Source: Azolla caroliniana (taxonomy: Eukaryota; Plantae; Polypodiophyta). From it: a stretch of 64,000 bases of DNA. Of the stretch, positions 51,530 to 63,300 are shown piece after piece (position 1 is the first letter of the stretch; every line of letters starts with the position of its first letter). The notes under the pieces are model-generated. The model did not search any database. It saw only the letters and a list, made by a program, of their open reading frames with translations, and was not told where the DNA came from. The stretch is from assembly GCA_043228905.1 (NCBI GenBank), contig JBHGNT010000006.1, positions 15,748,001 to 15,812,000 of the forward strand, given 5' to 3'. The translations under genes and the position numbers were made by a program.

Positions 51530-54500
51530 TGTCGTCATCGCCGTCTGTCGTCGCCTACGCCTCTGACGTTGTCGGTCGAGTAAGCGAGAGAGTCATCTTC
51601 TTGATCAAGTTGTGGTTGTGCGCTTGTATCTGGCGCGCGAGGTCTTTTTTTTGGTGGTTTGATTGCGAGCTCAAGAAGTGCATGATGTGAATGAGACGTC
51701 CATTGATGCTCGACTAAGTTTTCTGTCCTTTTCTTTTATCTTTTGAATTACAACATGACTTCTAAATGAACTAAAGACCAGAAGGAAACACACGAAGAAA
51801 CTATAAGGAAGAATTCTTATATGTCTTTAACCGTTTAGTTAAAATAGAAAAATGGGCAAAAGAGATTGAATCTCAAAAGCAAAAAGATAGGGAAGAAAGA
51901 GACTCACATGCTTATAGGCGAAACAATGAAACTCAAAATAGACAACATGAACCTTCAGAAACAAGTTACTGACCTCGAGACATCTAGGCAAGATGGTGAA
52001 ATATCCTCCCTCGAGGATATTAAGGACGAGATTAAAAAGGTTAAGGAAGAGGTAAGAAACGCCATGGCGAAAACCGGTTGGGTCGATGTAGTAAAACGTA
52101 ACATTAAAAAGGAACTAAAGGATGAAAAAATTGTAAACACCACCCTTGAGGAAGAGAAAATGCGTCAAGCTCGACGCCTAAATGTACAAGTCACTAGGCT
52201 CAAGGAAGGGGCATCTCTCGACGAAGATGCACAAACACTCAAGAAAATGTTAGGGTACACAGAGACCCTACAAATCACCAAAACTTGGAGGGTCGGACGT
52301 GACACTACTAGGAAGAGAGCTTTAGTCCTTCAGTTTAAAGACTTAGAATCTATAATCACATTTTTTAAGAAGAGACCAATTCTTCGAGGATTAGGTGGGA
52401 ACCCTATCTACCTAGATGAAGACCTCACCAAGATGCAAATTGAGCACTGTAAAACTTGTATGTCGTTTACCAAGATGGACGAGTGATAATAAATGATCGT
52501 TCTACCAATTGATGGCATGTGGCCTATGTGATAGACAATAAAATTACGATGACTTTATGGAATTGTAACGGTGCACTTTGGACACACCATGGCTGTCTAG
52601 AGGAGATTTTGAAGGTACCTTATCTACTTTTCTTAGTAGAAACACATCAAAGTTCAAATAGAGGACTGCCATGAGTTGAAGGTTTTCGTTGGGAGTCTGT
52701 CTTTAGACAAACCTCACGTCAACACACCACTAGAGGGTCTAGAGGGGTTGCAATACTATTTCGGAGAGAGATACATAACGGGATAGAAATACTAAAGACA
52801 TACCTAGAAGCCCGTTTTATGTAGGTGAAAATCCTCACTCACAAAGGATTAGGCAATATTTATCGCCTTCTTACCTCCCCCCGAAAGGATCCCGGTATAA
52901 TATAGTTGGAGAGGCGAGTATAGTTGATGAAGGAGCGTCACATGGGCCTTCTCCATACAAACCTTTATCGGATGACATAATCCAATATTCTTCTCAAGGG
53001 GAAGTCTTCCTTGTAGGAGATTTCAATGCGAGAACCCAATCCCGATAATGCACAGTATTTCAGATGGATAGGTGAATGTCGACCCTTTAGCCATAGGCAT
53101 CACACGTTGATCAAAAGATCAAGGTGCGAACGCCACAAGCTTTGGCCATCATCTACTTGAACTTGGAAGTCGACACCAGATGATCATATATAATGGTTTA
53201 GCCAAGTGGCCAGGCTTGGAAGAGTTCACATGTTTCCAACATGGAGGAGGGGAAAGCACAATTGACTGCCTAATAGGACACCCTGAAGCTACCCACATGA
53301 TTAACTCCTCCAGGTGGCTCCATGCCCTATTGGTGCAGACCATAACTTCCTATACTTTGACCTAAAATGTGACACCTCCAACGCCACCAACTCTAGTCAA
53401 CCAAACCATCACACCACAATACATTTCACGCATGAGCTCTCTGACATCTGCTCTCGACATGTTCAAGCCCATCTCTCCTCTCTTGATTCTTCCCTACCTT
53501 TAGAGAACCTCACTACAGAACTCACACACATCCTTCACTCAACAACCATTAGTAGCTTCCCATACACGAAACACTCCAATCACAGTAGAATAGGGTCTAT
53601 GCCACAGAATAGGTGGTATGATGAGGATTGTAGAGACTTGTATAGACGACTTAAAGTGTCATGACTTAGTGGTACTATTTCCGCAATATAGGCTTGCAAA
53701 GAGATGCGCAAGATGACATGTCGTAAAAGACAAGCTTGGGAAGCATTTCAATATTGGGAACTCTACAGCATGGTCATGAGTAGGGACCGTGCCCTTGCAT
53801 GGAAGCAACTACGAGAATCAAGACCACAAACATCCATCGCGGATCCCAACACTTGACACACATATATAGAGAGACTCTACCACGTCCTAAACCAACCACC
53901 CATTCCAATGCATTCCACACCTCGACCTACCACGGGGACACTTTTCATGACCTCTAGAGTCACGAAGTTCATAAAAAATTACAACATAGGAAGTCTATGG
54001 ACCACACAGGATTGTGAGCCGAACACATCATATATGCTTAAGAGTGCCTAACTCCTTTTCTCACTCTAATCTTCAACCGCGCCCTCGCCAAGGGTTTTCC
54101 ACCACAATGGACCATGAACACAGTGGCCCCTATACATAAAGGCGGCGGGACCCAATGGACCCAAATACATATAGGACCATTATGATAGGTCATACGCTTG
54201 CTAAACTATATGGTGCAGTAATGGAAGTAGAGCTCAGTGATTATATGGAGACCTTAAGCCTTCGAGCACATGAGCAGACTGGCTTTAGATGAGCATTCTC
54301 CACTATTGACCATATCTTCACACTTAGATGCTTAATTGACCAGACGAGGCTCGCAAGAAGAAACTATATTGTTGCTTTGTGGACTTCCTCAAAGCCTTTG
54401 ACATAGTTCCTAGGGAGCGGTTTTTTGATAGGCTTAGAAGCTCGGAGATACCAAATGACATGATTTGGGCCATCTATGGTCTATATGAGCAATTCTCTAG

Positions 54501-56330
54501 GTGCGTCAGATGCCCAGGTGGCCTCTCCGATTGCTTCACATGCACCATTGGCGTAAAACAGGGTTGCCCCCTATCTCTGACTCTTTTTGGGATCTACATT
54601 GATGAGATCACTGATTTCATTGCTTGTAAGGGAGGCAACAGAGTAGCCATTGGGGGCGCACAAGTTAGTCTCTTACGCCATGTTGACGACATAGTTTTTC
54701 TCTCGGAGTCTGAACACGACCTACAAAAGCACCTTAATGCCCTAGATGACTTTTGCAAACAACGGGGATTGGTAGTGAATCTAATGAAAACTAAAGCCCT
54801 TATCTTTCACACATTGTCTGGAGTTAGTAGTAAATGACACCTACTCCTCTCTCATAAACCAGTTGAGGTAGTTGGATCAATGTATATCTAAGAGTCACTT
54901 TTAGTGCTCATTCAGGTAAATTCTCAATGACCCAGGCAACCAAAGATAAGCTAACGAGAGGATATGCATCCCTCCCACTCTTAGAGAGACAATGCCACCA
55001 TGCATATTTTCAAGAGCCATAGACTAAGGGATGGCTCTTCAACTCATTAATGACCCCTTCACTGATGTATGCATCAGTAGTATGGGCTCCAGGTCTATCG
55101 TCCTTCATGTGTACGTAATTAGAGAGACCTTTGGTGATGATGTTATCACGTAACTCCGAAGCAAATCGATAGTACCACATGACATTATTAGAGCAGAGTT
55201 CAGTCTACCTCCAATGTTAATAGAAGCACTCTTCCAATTGATAGTCTTTATTCATAGGATACATAGCCAGCCACAAGATAGGATATCCTATCAAGCTTTT
55301 GAGGCATCTCGATCCCTATATGAGTCTGGAGAGAGTAGCCCCTGGTGTAGCATTGTAGTGTGTTGGTTACTTGCAAATGGCATAGACAATTAATAACCTA
55401 CCTCCCCTTAAGTACAACCATGGGATTGATCAAACTTTAATCTCTCACAAGGACCATAATAAAGTAATACGCCAAGAAATATGGAAAATTTATACACAAT
55501 ATAAATGGATCAACCGATGAGAGCCACTCCCATCTAAAATGTTGTACTATAAGGAACACTTCATGCACTTCTCTAAGCTAGGTTTTATTACACGACCAAA
55601 ATATCTAGATACATTCTTGACAAATGCACTAAGGGTGGCCATTGGAAAACTGAGGATATCATCTCACCAACTTGAGATTGAGAATGGTTGTACTAATGGA
55701 GTCCCTAGAGAGGAAAGGCTATGTAGGTTATGTCACATAGAGATAGAGGACGAGTATCACTTTACATGCAAGTGTCCAACTTATGCCGAGATAAGGGAAA
55801 AATTCCAAGACATACTAGAACCCTCTCCCACCCGCTCCAAACTATTAGATACCCTGGATATAAAGAGACTAGGTGGGCATATCTTAGAGTTAAAACAACA
55901 TAGGGAGGAAAAACTACAAAATGTTAACCATAATCATTTTAATATTCACCAACATGTAACTAATACAATTTTTCAGGAACAAGGGGAGACGATGAATGTG
56001 GACACACCTACACCACTCGGCCTCTCCCTTGAGGAAGCACAAATGCAAAGACCAACCAAACACCCTCGGATGTCGGGCTTCAAAGCAACTAGATGTGGAG
56101 TAGAAACAATTAAGAAGATAAGGGAACGTGAGCTGCACTGCCTAGCAACTATGGTTGCGGTATCTTTTACATTGGGACCACGAGCCACCTCCACATCGAA
56201 ACCCTTTGACCTCCCACTTCTTTTCGAGAGACTTGGATGGAAATGAAATTGGACCTAGTACAAAGTAATTTCTGTTGGGAAAAAGGGTTTCTTCGGATGA
56301 GATGGATCAGACGAACCAAAGGAAGGAACC
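51530..56330 (+). mobile_element. Near full-length decayed LINE (RTE-X-like): ORF1, endonuclease, RT and C-terminal Zn motif
   Basis: ORF1 coiled coil 51866-52486 (IYLDEDLT); endonuclease LVETH, VGDFNAR, STIDC, DHN; RT DFLKAFD, GVKQGCPLS, HVDDIV; C-terminus RISSHQLEIENG..REERLCRLC..IEDEYHFTCKC. Boundaries approximate. Confidence 0.88.
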
Positions 56331-56691
56331 AGAAACACGTTCGCGTTCACAAGTGGAAGGATCGCGCATAAATGGAAGGATAAGGGAAATTTTAGGGGTT
56401 TTTCAATGATTTTACAAAACACATTGATACCAGTATCATACATGTTCAAACATACTATGAAAAAGGTTAAAAATCCACTATTTTCGTGATTTAGAAGTAA
56501 CTAAAAAAAGACGAATTTCAAAAAGATACATTCTCAATTTATATCACAAACTTCACAACCAATGTTATTTTATAAGAAACAATTTTTTAGAAATCATAAG
56601 AATTCAAAACACATGATTTTATATTACTCGATTTGTTACAAGCGGAATGTAGTTACACTTAATAACCAAATATACATTCATGATCACTCCT

Positions 56692-59472
56692 TTACGGAGA
56701 ATCACTACTATAACTAATATACAATGACGATTCCTCCTCATCATCCTCGGATGTACCAATCAGTGCATTATCTTCGTCATAAACCAAATGGTTTGACTCT
56801 AGATTATATGTAGCAGATCTCGTTTGCCTTTGACTCGAGCCACCTTGTAGACCTGGTAATTTTTCTTTTATTATATCTATTGTTGACTTCCTTAATCGTC
56901 CGGCTTTTGTAAGTGTGAAGTCGTACACGATGATATCCACATCAGAGATATCAAGGATCGAGGTGTTACGAATGTTTCGCTTCCTCTTCCTACCTCCCCT
57001 TCTTGTTTGGCATTCAATCATCTCCAATGTATACTTACCTGTAAAAGCATTTGCACTTCTAGTGTTGTACCAATGAACATTTATAGACTTGATCGTGTTT
57101 TCTATTTCATGCATTAGCACTTCTAGAATTTTACCAACCCAAAATTGGTGGCCATGTGAGTTCTCATCAGCCGGCGTTGCAATCAACATCCCCGCGGTGA
57201 GCTCTTGCAAATTTCCTTGCCATCTAGCTTCGGCTGCTTTGGTCATCCTTGGTCCCACATAAATGTCTCTTTGTTGTGGATGGACCAAGCTGTCATTAAT
57301 CGCATTTACTAGTTGCTCCGGACTTCTATTTACGCGATCATGTTGCAACGACCATGTGAATGGCGTTTCCAAATTCCAATTATCAACAGATACACAATTG
57401 TCTATAATTTCTTTCTGATCACTATAAAATACATCCCACCATGACGTGTCTTGTTGTGCGGCATATTTCTTGGCGGCCTCAATATGCTTTCTTTTTTCTT
57501 CTAAGGCTTGGAGCCATGACCGTTTTTGTTCTGATACCAAGTCGCTCTGCAACTGTCCTTTCTTCTCAATTGGCATTTGCTTAGCTCCATGGACAATTGT
57601 ACTCGGCATACAAAGTAATAACTGGCAACCACCTTCAGGTTCCCATGTTGTAGAAGATGAATATTGTTTGGCATACAAAAGTGTAGAACCACTTATTCCA
57701 TTTTTCTTTATCAAAAAAATGTGATTGAAACTTATATTGTTTAACTGAGCAAGCACTTTAACATTCCCACCACCCCCATCTAATATATATCTCTTAAAGT
57801 CATATACCTCCTTCAAGTGTAACACTTTTGGGCGTGGTGTATAAGCATCACAAATGACATCAAATAGTTTAGGTAAAGTGAAAGCATCATGCCGAGACAA
57901 CTGTCTGGAGAATGTGCTAAACATCTGATCTATATGGTCATGTGTGTGGCCAACCAAAAGGAAATTGACTTTCACTTTCCTAAACAATTCTAGGTTGACC
58001 AACATACTTAGATAGCCAAATACAATTGAATTTTTGTTCTCTCTAGCAGTATTGTCCAATTGAATGTATAGAACAGGGGGGAAAGGTTGTCCCCAAGACA
58101 TCAAAACTCGGTGAATCACTGTAACTGTTAGGTTAGGGTCATTGTGAACATTGGGGTAAGTAATGAAGACGTGAGGTCGAACAGACCTATTATAAGCCAA
58201 GCATCCCACCAAGTGCATTTGAACAAGGCACTCATCATTGACATCTTTGGGGAGCCTCCGCATATGCGGCAAGCATGTCTTCTTCTGGTCCATGCCATCT
58301 ATCATTAAGCACATGTATTGTTCGGGCCTCTTCAAACACTTCTCTCTATGATGCATCGCCTTCCTTCGTTCTAAGGATTGTGCCTCACGATGCTCTTGTA
58401 GTAACTTCTTACTCGTATCCTTTTCCATTGATGTCTTTGCACCTTTAGCCAAACTTTTAAGATTTGCACAAATGGAGCAATACCCCATACGTACTTTACG
58501 AGGAATAATAACATTTGAAAACCGAGCTCTCCATAATCTTGTGAATTGGCTATATGTGATCGACTTATTACGTGAGCCCAGCATATCAGATCGATAGACA
58601 TCATAAACTTCCCGACGTGTATAATTATCAGAAAGATGCATCCTACCTGTAGTGGGCATTACTTCACAATTTAACTGAAAGTAAGTTTTCATCCAGCCAA
58701 TAGCTAGTCTTCCAATTGCACCTTTCATACTTGGAACCTCTTTACAATTGAGCATCTGATCCCCGCTAAGTAGACGTTGTTGTACTCTATGTAGTCGCAT
58801 GTTACTAACACATAACACAATTTTGAATGCAACTCTACATATCTGTTGCGCATGGAAGATATAATACTCGAATGATACTTTGATCCCCGTACATTTGTCA
58901 GATACTAGTTGCATATGTGACCCGAGGTAAGTGTCTTGCTCATCACCGGTCATCGAAAAATAGTATCGCCTTAATTCTCGCAACTTTGATTTTCCAATCA
59001 TAGACATATAACCACGGGCACAACATATTTTGTTGACATCAAATCCAATCTGTTTATCTTATGTCACCAAGCTAAATCTAGCTAGACGAATTCTTCGTGG
59101 GATTCTTCTAATATGCATAGGGCTCCCAGATTTCTCTTCCTGCATAGAGGTTGGTGTAACATTGTTACAGTCTAATTCTTTGCTGTGACCATCGCCAATG
59201 TTATTCAATGTTTCCTGGGCACTTCCTTCATTCTCGGTATCTTTATTAATATCGTATTCTTCAATAGAGAACTCTTCACATGTGTCATTATGTACATTCC
59301 CTGTAGATGAGCTCAGACAATATTCTTCGATAGAATATGGTGAGTCGGTCGACAGACAATATTCTTCAATCGAATATGGTGACTCTGATGACAAACAATA
59401 CTCTTCAGTAGAAAACGATGGGTCTGATGACAAACAATATTCTTCAATCGAGAACGGTGAATCTTCACTCAT
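56692..59472 (-). pseudogene. Sola1-like DDD transposase, ~926 aa with one in-frame stop (59059-59061)
   Basis: ORFs 59472-59059 and 59007-56692 share a frame; read-through gives DKQIGFDVNKICCARGY. Motifs MPTTGRMHL, CSIC, IDGMDQKKTCLPH, QLDNTARENKN, FLLVGHTHDHIDQMFS. N-terminal 13-aa repeat (SIEEYCLSS) x4. The Sola1 label is from recalled motifs. Confidence 0.82.
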
Positions 59473-60173
59473 GGCTTAAGGTCTAGATAGGGCTCTCTAA
59501 GTTATGGGCTTAGGGGAAAGAAAAAAACTAATAAGCTCCTCTCTAAACATATACTCCTCTCTAAACATAAACTTCTCTCTAAACAAAAGCCAAATCAATA
59601 GAATGTCTATATTATGTAATATTCTATTAATACAATACATCAAAAAATTATTTTTAATAAAGTAATTGTACTTAAAATATCAATTATTATATAAACTAGA
59701 TCTATATAAAGTTAAATAAAGTAAAATATAAAACTAATCATTAACAAGCCATGAATATGTTGGATTAATGTTAAAATCATTGGCTAATTAATGGCACCCA
59801 TTTTGATATAGAACGTCTCACTCATTGGTTCTTTAATGCTCACCATTTTAAATATTAGACTTATCAATCATTGGTTAATTTATGCCCACATCTTTAATAC
59901 ACAACATTTGAGAGTCATAAAAATTGTTGGTTTTAGTAATCAATCATTGGTACATTCATGAACCTCTATCATTGTCTCATTCATAACCTTTGAAGTCATT
60001 GTAGGTTGTTATGACTATAAAAGATTGATCAATATGGTAGTTTGACTTTGTAATCATTAATACAATCATAAGTTTCTCTAGTTAATGTGACTATGGTTAC
60101 CAACTAACTATCCACAAAGTTACCAACCTTGGTTAAGGTGACTATGGTTACTTTAACCAATGTGTTCAATCCC

Positions 60174-60181
60174 TATAAATA
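60174..60181 (+). promoter_or_regulatory. TATA box of the ParB-methyltransferase gene
   Basis: CCCTATAAATAGG ~140 bp upstream of ATG 60316, followed by an (AGAGCACAC)n leader. Confidence 0.6.
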
Positions 60182-60315
60182 GGAAGACCTCGTCATATTT
60201 CACTCACCAGAGCGTACAGAGCACACAGAACGTAGAGAGCACACAGAGCACACAAAGCACACAGAGCACAAAGCACGAAAGCGCGATCTCCGCCTCCACT
60301 TCCACACGATCAAAC

Positions 60316-63300
60316 ATGTCTTCAAAGAGAATCGAGCGCGAGGACTCTAGGTAGGCCTCTGACATTGTGGACATTTTTGTAAATATGTTTCGTTTCTCAA
60401 GAACTCGATACGCCGTATCGAGTTCATGTATACAATACAAATATTTATACATGAACTCGATACGGCGTATCGAGTTCATGTATACAATACAAATATTTAT
60501 ACATGAACTCGATACGGCGTATCGAGTTCATAATTTAATTTTGCTTTTTATACAGGAACTCGATACGTCGTATCGAGTTCATGTTTAAAGTGTAGGTTTT
60601 AGACAGGAACTCGATACGCCGTATCGAGTTCCTGTTTAATGTGTAGGTTTTAAACAGGAACTCGATACGCCGTATCGAGTTCCTGTTTAAAGTGTAGGTT
60701 TTAAACACGAACTCGATACGGCGTATCGAGTTCGTGTTTAAAGTTTGGATTTTAAACAAGAACTCGATACGGCGTATCCCGTATCGAGTTCGTGTTTAAA
60801 ACCTACACTTTAAACAGGAACTCGATACGGCGTATCGAGTTCCTGTTTAATGTTTGAATTTTAAACACGAACTCGATACGCCGTACCGAGTTCCTGTTTA
60901 AAGTTTAGGTTTTAAATACGAACTCGATACGCCGTATCGAGTTCCTGGTTAAAGTGTAGGTTTTAAACAGGAACTCGATACGCCGTATCGAGTTCCTGTA
61001 TATAAGAAGGCTTTGAGAGAGAAAAATTGTATTTTTGGGGTAACAAATAATTTTGGGATAGAAAAGTTATCAAATTGTCTGGCAAAATCAGTCTTTTTAT
61101 GTTGGCTTTCCTTACTTTAAAAAAAAAAACATGCTCTAATTATAGGTGTTTTATGACCTACTTTAGCTTAAAATAGTAGAAAATGATCCACAAATTGCCT
61201 TTACGATAGCAAATTCTCGTCAATATAGGTTTGGAATCTATATAAGTCATACCTACTATTTAAAAGAATATATAACCCTTTTTACTTATTACGATATATA
61301 TTTTCTAGGTTGAATAGCCCTGCCTATAATAGATTTTTGAATATAGGACTGCTCTTGGGAACTGTTCTTCATGTTAATATACAACCTTAATCTACGTGAC
61401 TACCTAACTTATGTTTTTGCATATACTTTCTTAAATAGGTCGTTTGAAAACCTGTCGGACCGACCGGTGAAGAAAATAAAGCTTCGCATACAAGGTTCTC
61501 CAATCGAAGCCCAGACCAAGGTAGCTCCTGAGACCATGAAGAGAGGAAAAAAGCTTCTCTTTAACGAAGAGACAAAATCTTAGCCACATAGTGATGTTAG
61601 CCAAAAGAAACTTGTCGCCGCTACTGGAGGTGAAGACCTTCCTGACCGAGATCTAACGGACAAGGAATGGTGTATGCAATATGTCGACTCAAAGAAAAAA
61701 GTCGTATTGTATACAACAAAGAAGAAGGGTGAGGGGCAACTTGGAAAGGAAACCCCATTTATGTATGGCCGTATTCTACGATTTGACTACGAAGATGCAG
61801 ATTCGGCCAACATACTGGTAATGATAGAGTGCTCCAAGGGGGTACGTAAAGTGTTCCTTTCAGAAGACCTTTTAGTAAAAGAATCTTGTGGGCCAGAAGT
61901 GTTCAAAAAAGCACTTGATAGCACACAAAACCTTATTGTTACCTTGAGGCCTTATATACAAGGCCATGTAACTCTAAGAGATGAAGTGCCCTCCCCATTG
62001 AAGCCAACAAAAAAGGTTTCCAAAGTCCAGTCAAGACCAGCAAAGAAGAAGACAACGAAAGTGTCGGATACGGATTCAACAAGTGAAAACGAAGAGGAGG
62101 ATAATAAGGGGACGCTAGGAGCTGAGCTGGCCTCGGGTGTTTTGTCATCCGAGCAGAATAAAATAAGGAGAGAGTTAATGCAACGGAAGCTGGTCAGGAA
62201 AGGGCAAGTATTTAATTTACCTATAACACACATCCATCGGCCCCCTATTGATGAAAAAACAGGTCGAAGACCACTTGAGATTAGAGAGCCTCACCGCATG
62301 CATGTTCAAAATCTCAAGAAAAAAATGAAAATTAATCCTCATGCCACTGTGGTGCCTTTTATTGTTATGGTAGATCCTGAAGAATGTGAAACCATTGAAG
62401 ATTTTGATATTAGAAAACATGATCAATATAATTATTTTGTCATTGGTGGATCGCATTCAGCAGAGGCACGTCGGCAACTTGTGAGAGAACATCCAACGAC
62501 TTTCTTCTTCAAGTATGCCGAGTGCAAAATTTATGTTGGGCTCACAACCGAAGAGGCTAAGCTGTTGGCATGGGACCATAATAATGATAATGACTATAGG
62601 CAGAAAATGTCGTCCATTGAGCGTATACGGTTCTTCCACCACGAGTATTTAGATGTGAAACAAAAGTTTGGTGTGAAGTTACATCCAGGCCTTCGACGTC
62701 AATGTCTACATGAAGTCGGCATTGTGGTAGATGATAATGTTAGGTCCGATGGTCTTCGAAAGTATGAGTCTTGGTTTCAATTGGCGTTTAGAGATGGAGA
62801 AGTATGGGACCTACAAGATCAAATCTTCTCAATGTGGGAGAATAAGGAGGTAAAGGGTCAACGACAAAAGAAATGTAGGGTTGACCCTCAACTAGAGTTA
62901 AAGTCACAAGCCGCCAAGAAAATTGACTTGACAATTGAAGAAGCGGCAGATGACATGAAGCTGTCTCTATGGAGAGCGATGCAAGGTATTAAGGACGAGC
63001 AACTTCTTGTGTCGGTTTTGTCAAGGGTTGTGGCGAAAGATTTAAGCCTTGAAGAAATGGTCACTGAGTTCAATAAGTAAGTCCCTCAAATACTGAAATT
63101 GTAGTCTATCTAGTGTAATTCAAAGTTCTAATCTTGATTTCTAATTTTACAGTCATAAGGTGTACATGAAGATCCAAGAAGTTATGATGAAACAACTTGG
63201 ATGTATAACTTGGGAACAAGTGACCGAGGATTATCCTCTAACGTCTTCGTATAAGGCGTTATCAGAGTATTTTATTGCATTCAAGGATTGGGTTAGTATT

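Noticed and set aside
56330-56460. Defined terminal inverted repeat of the Sola1-like element
   Set aside because: The end probably lies here (repeated TGGAAGGAT), but the partner terminus is outside the window, so no TIR or TSD can be verified.
60401-60995. CRISPR array
   Set aside because: The repeat-spacer look is superficial: spacers are near-identical to each other and partly extend the palindrome, no cas genes are present, and the context is a eukaryotic intron.
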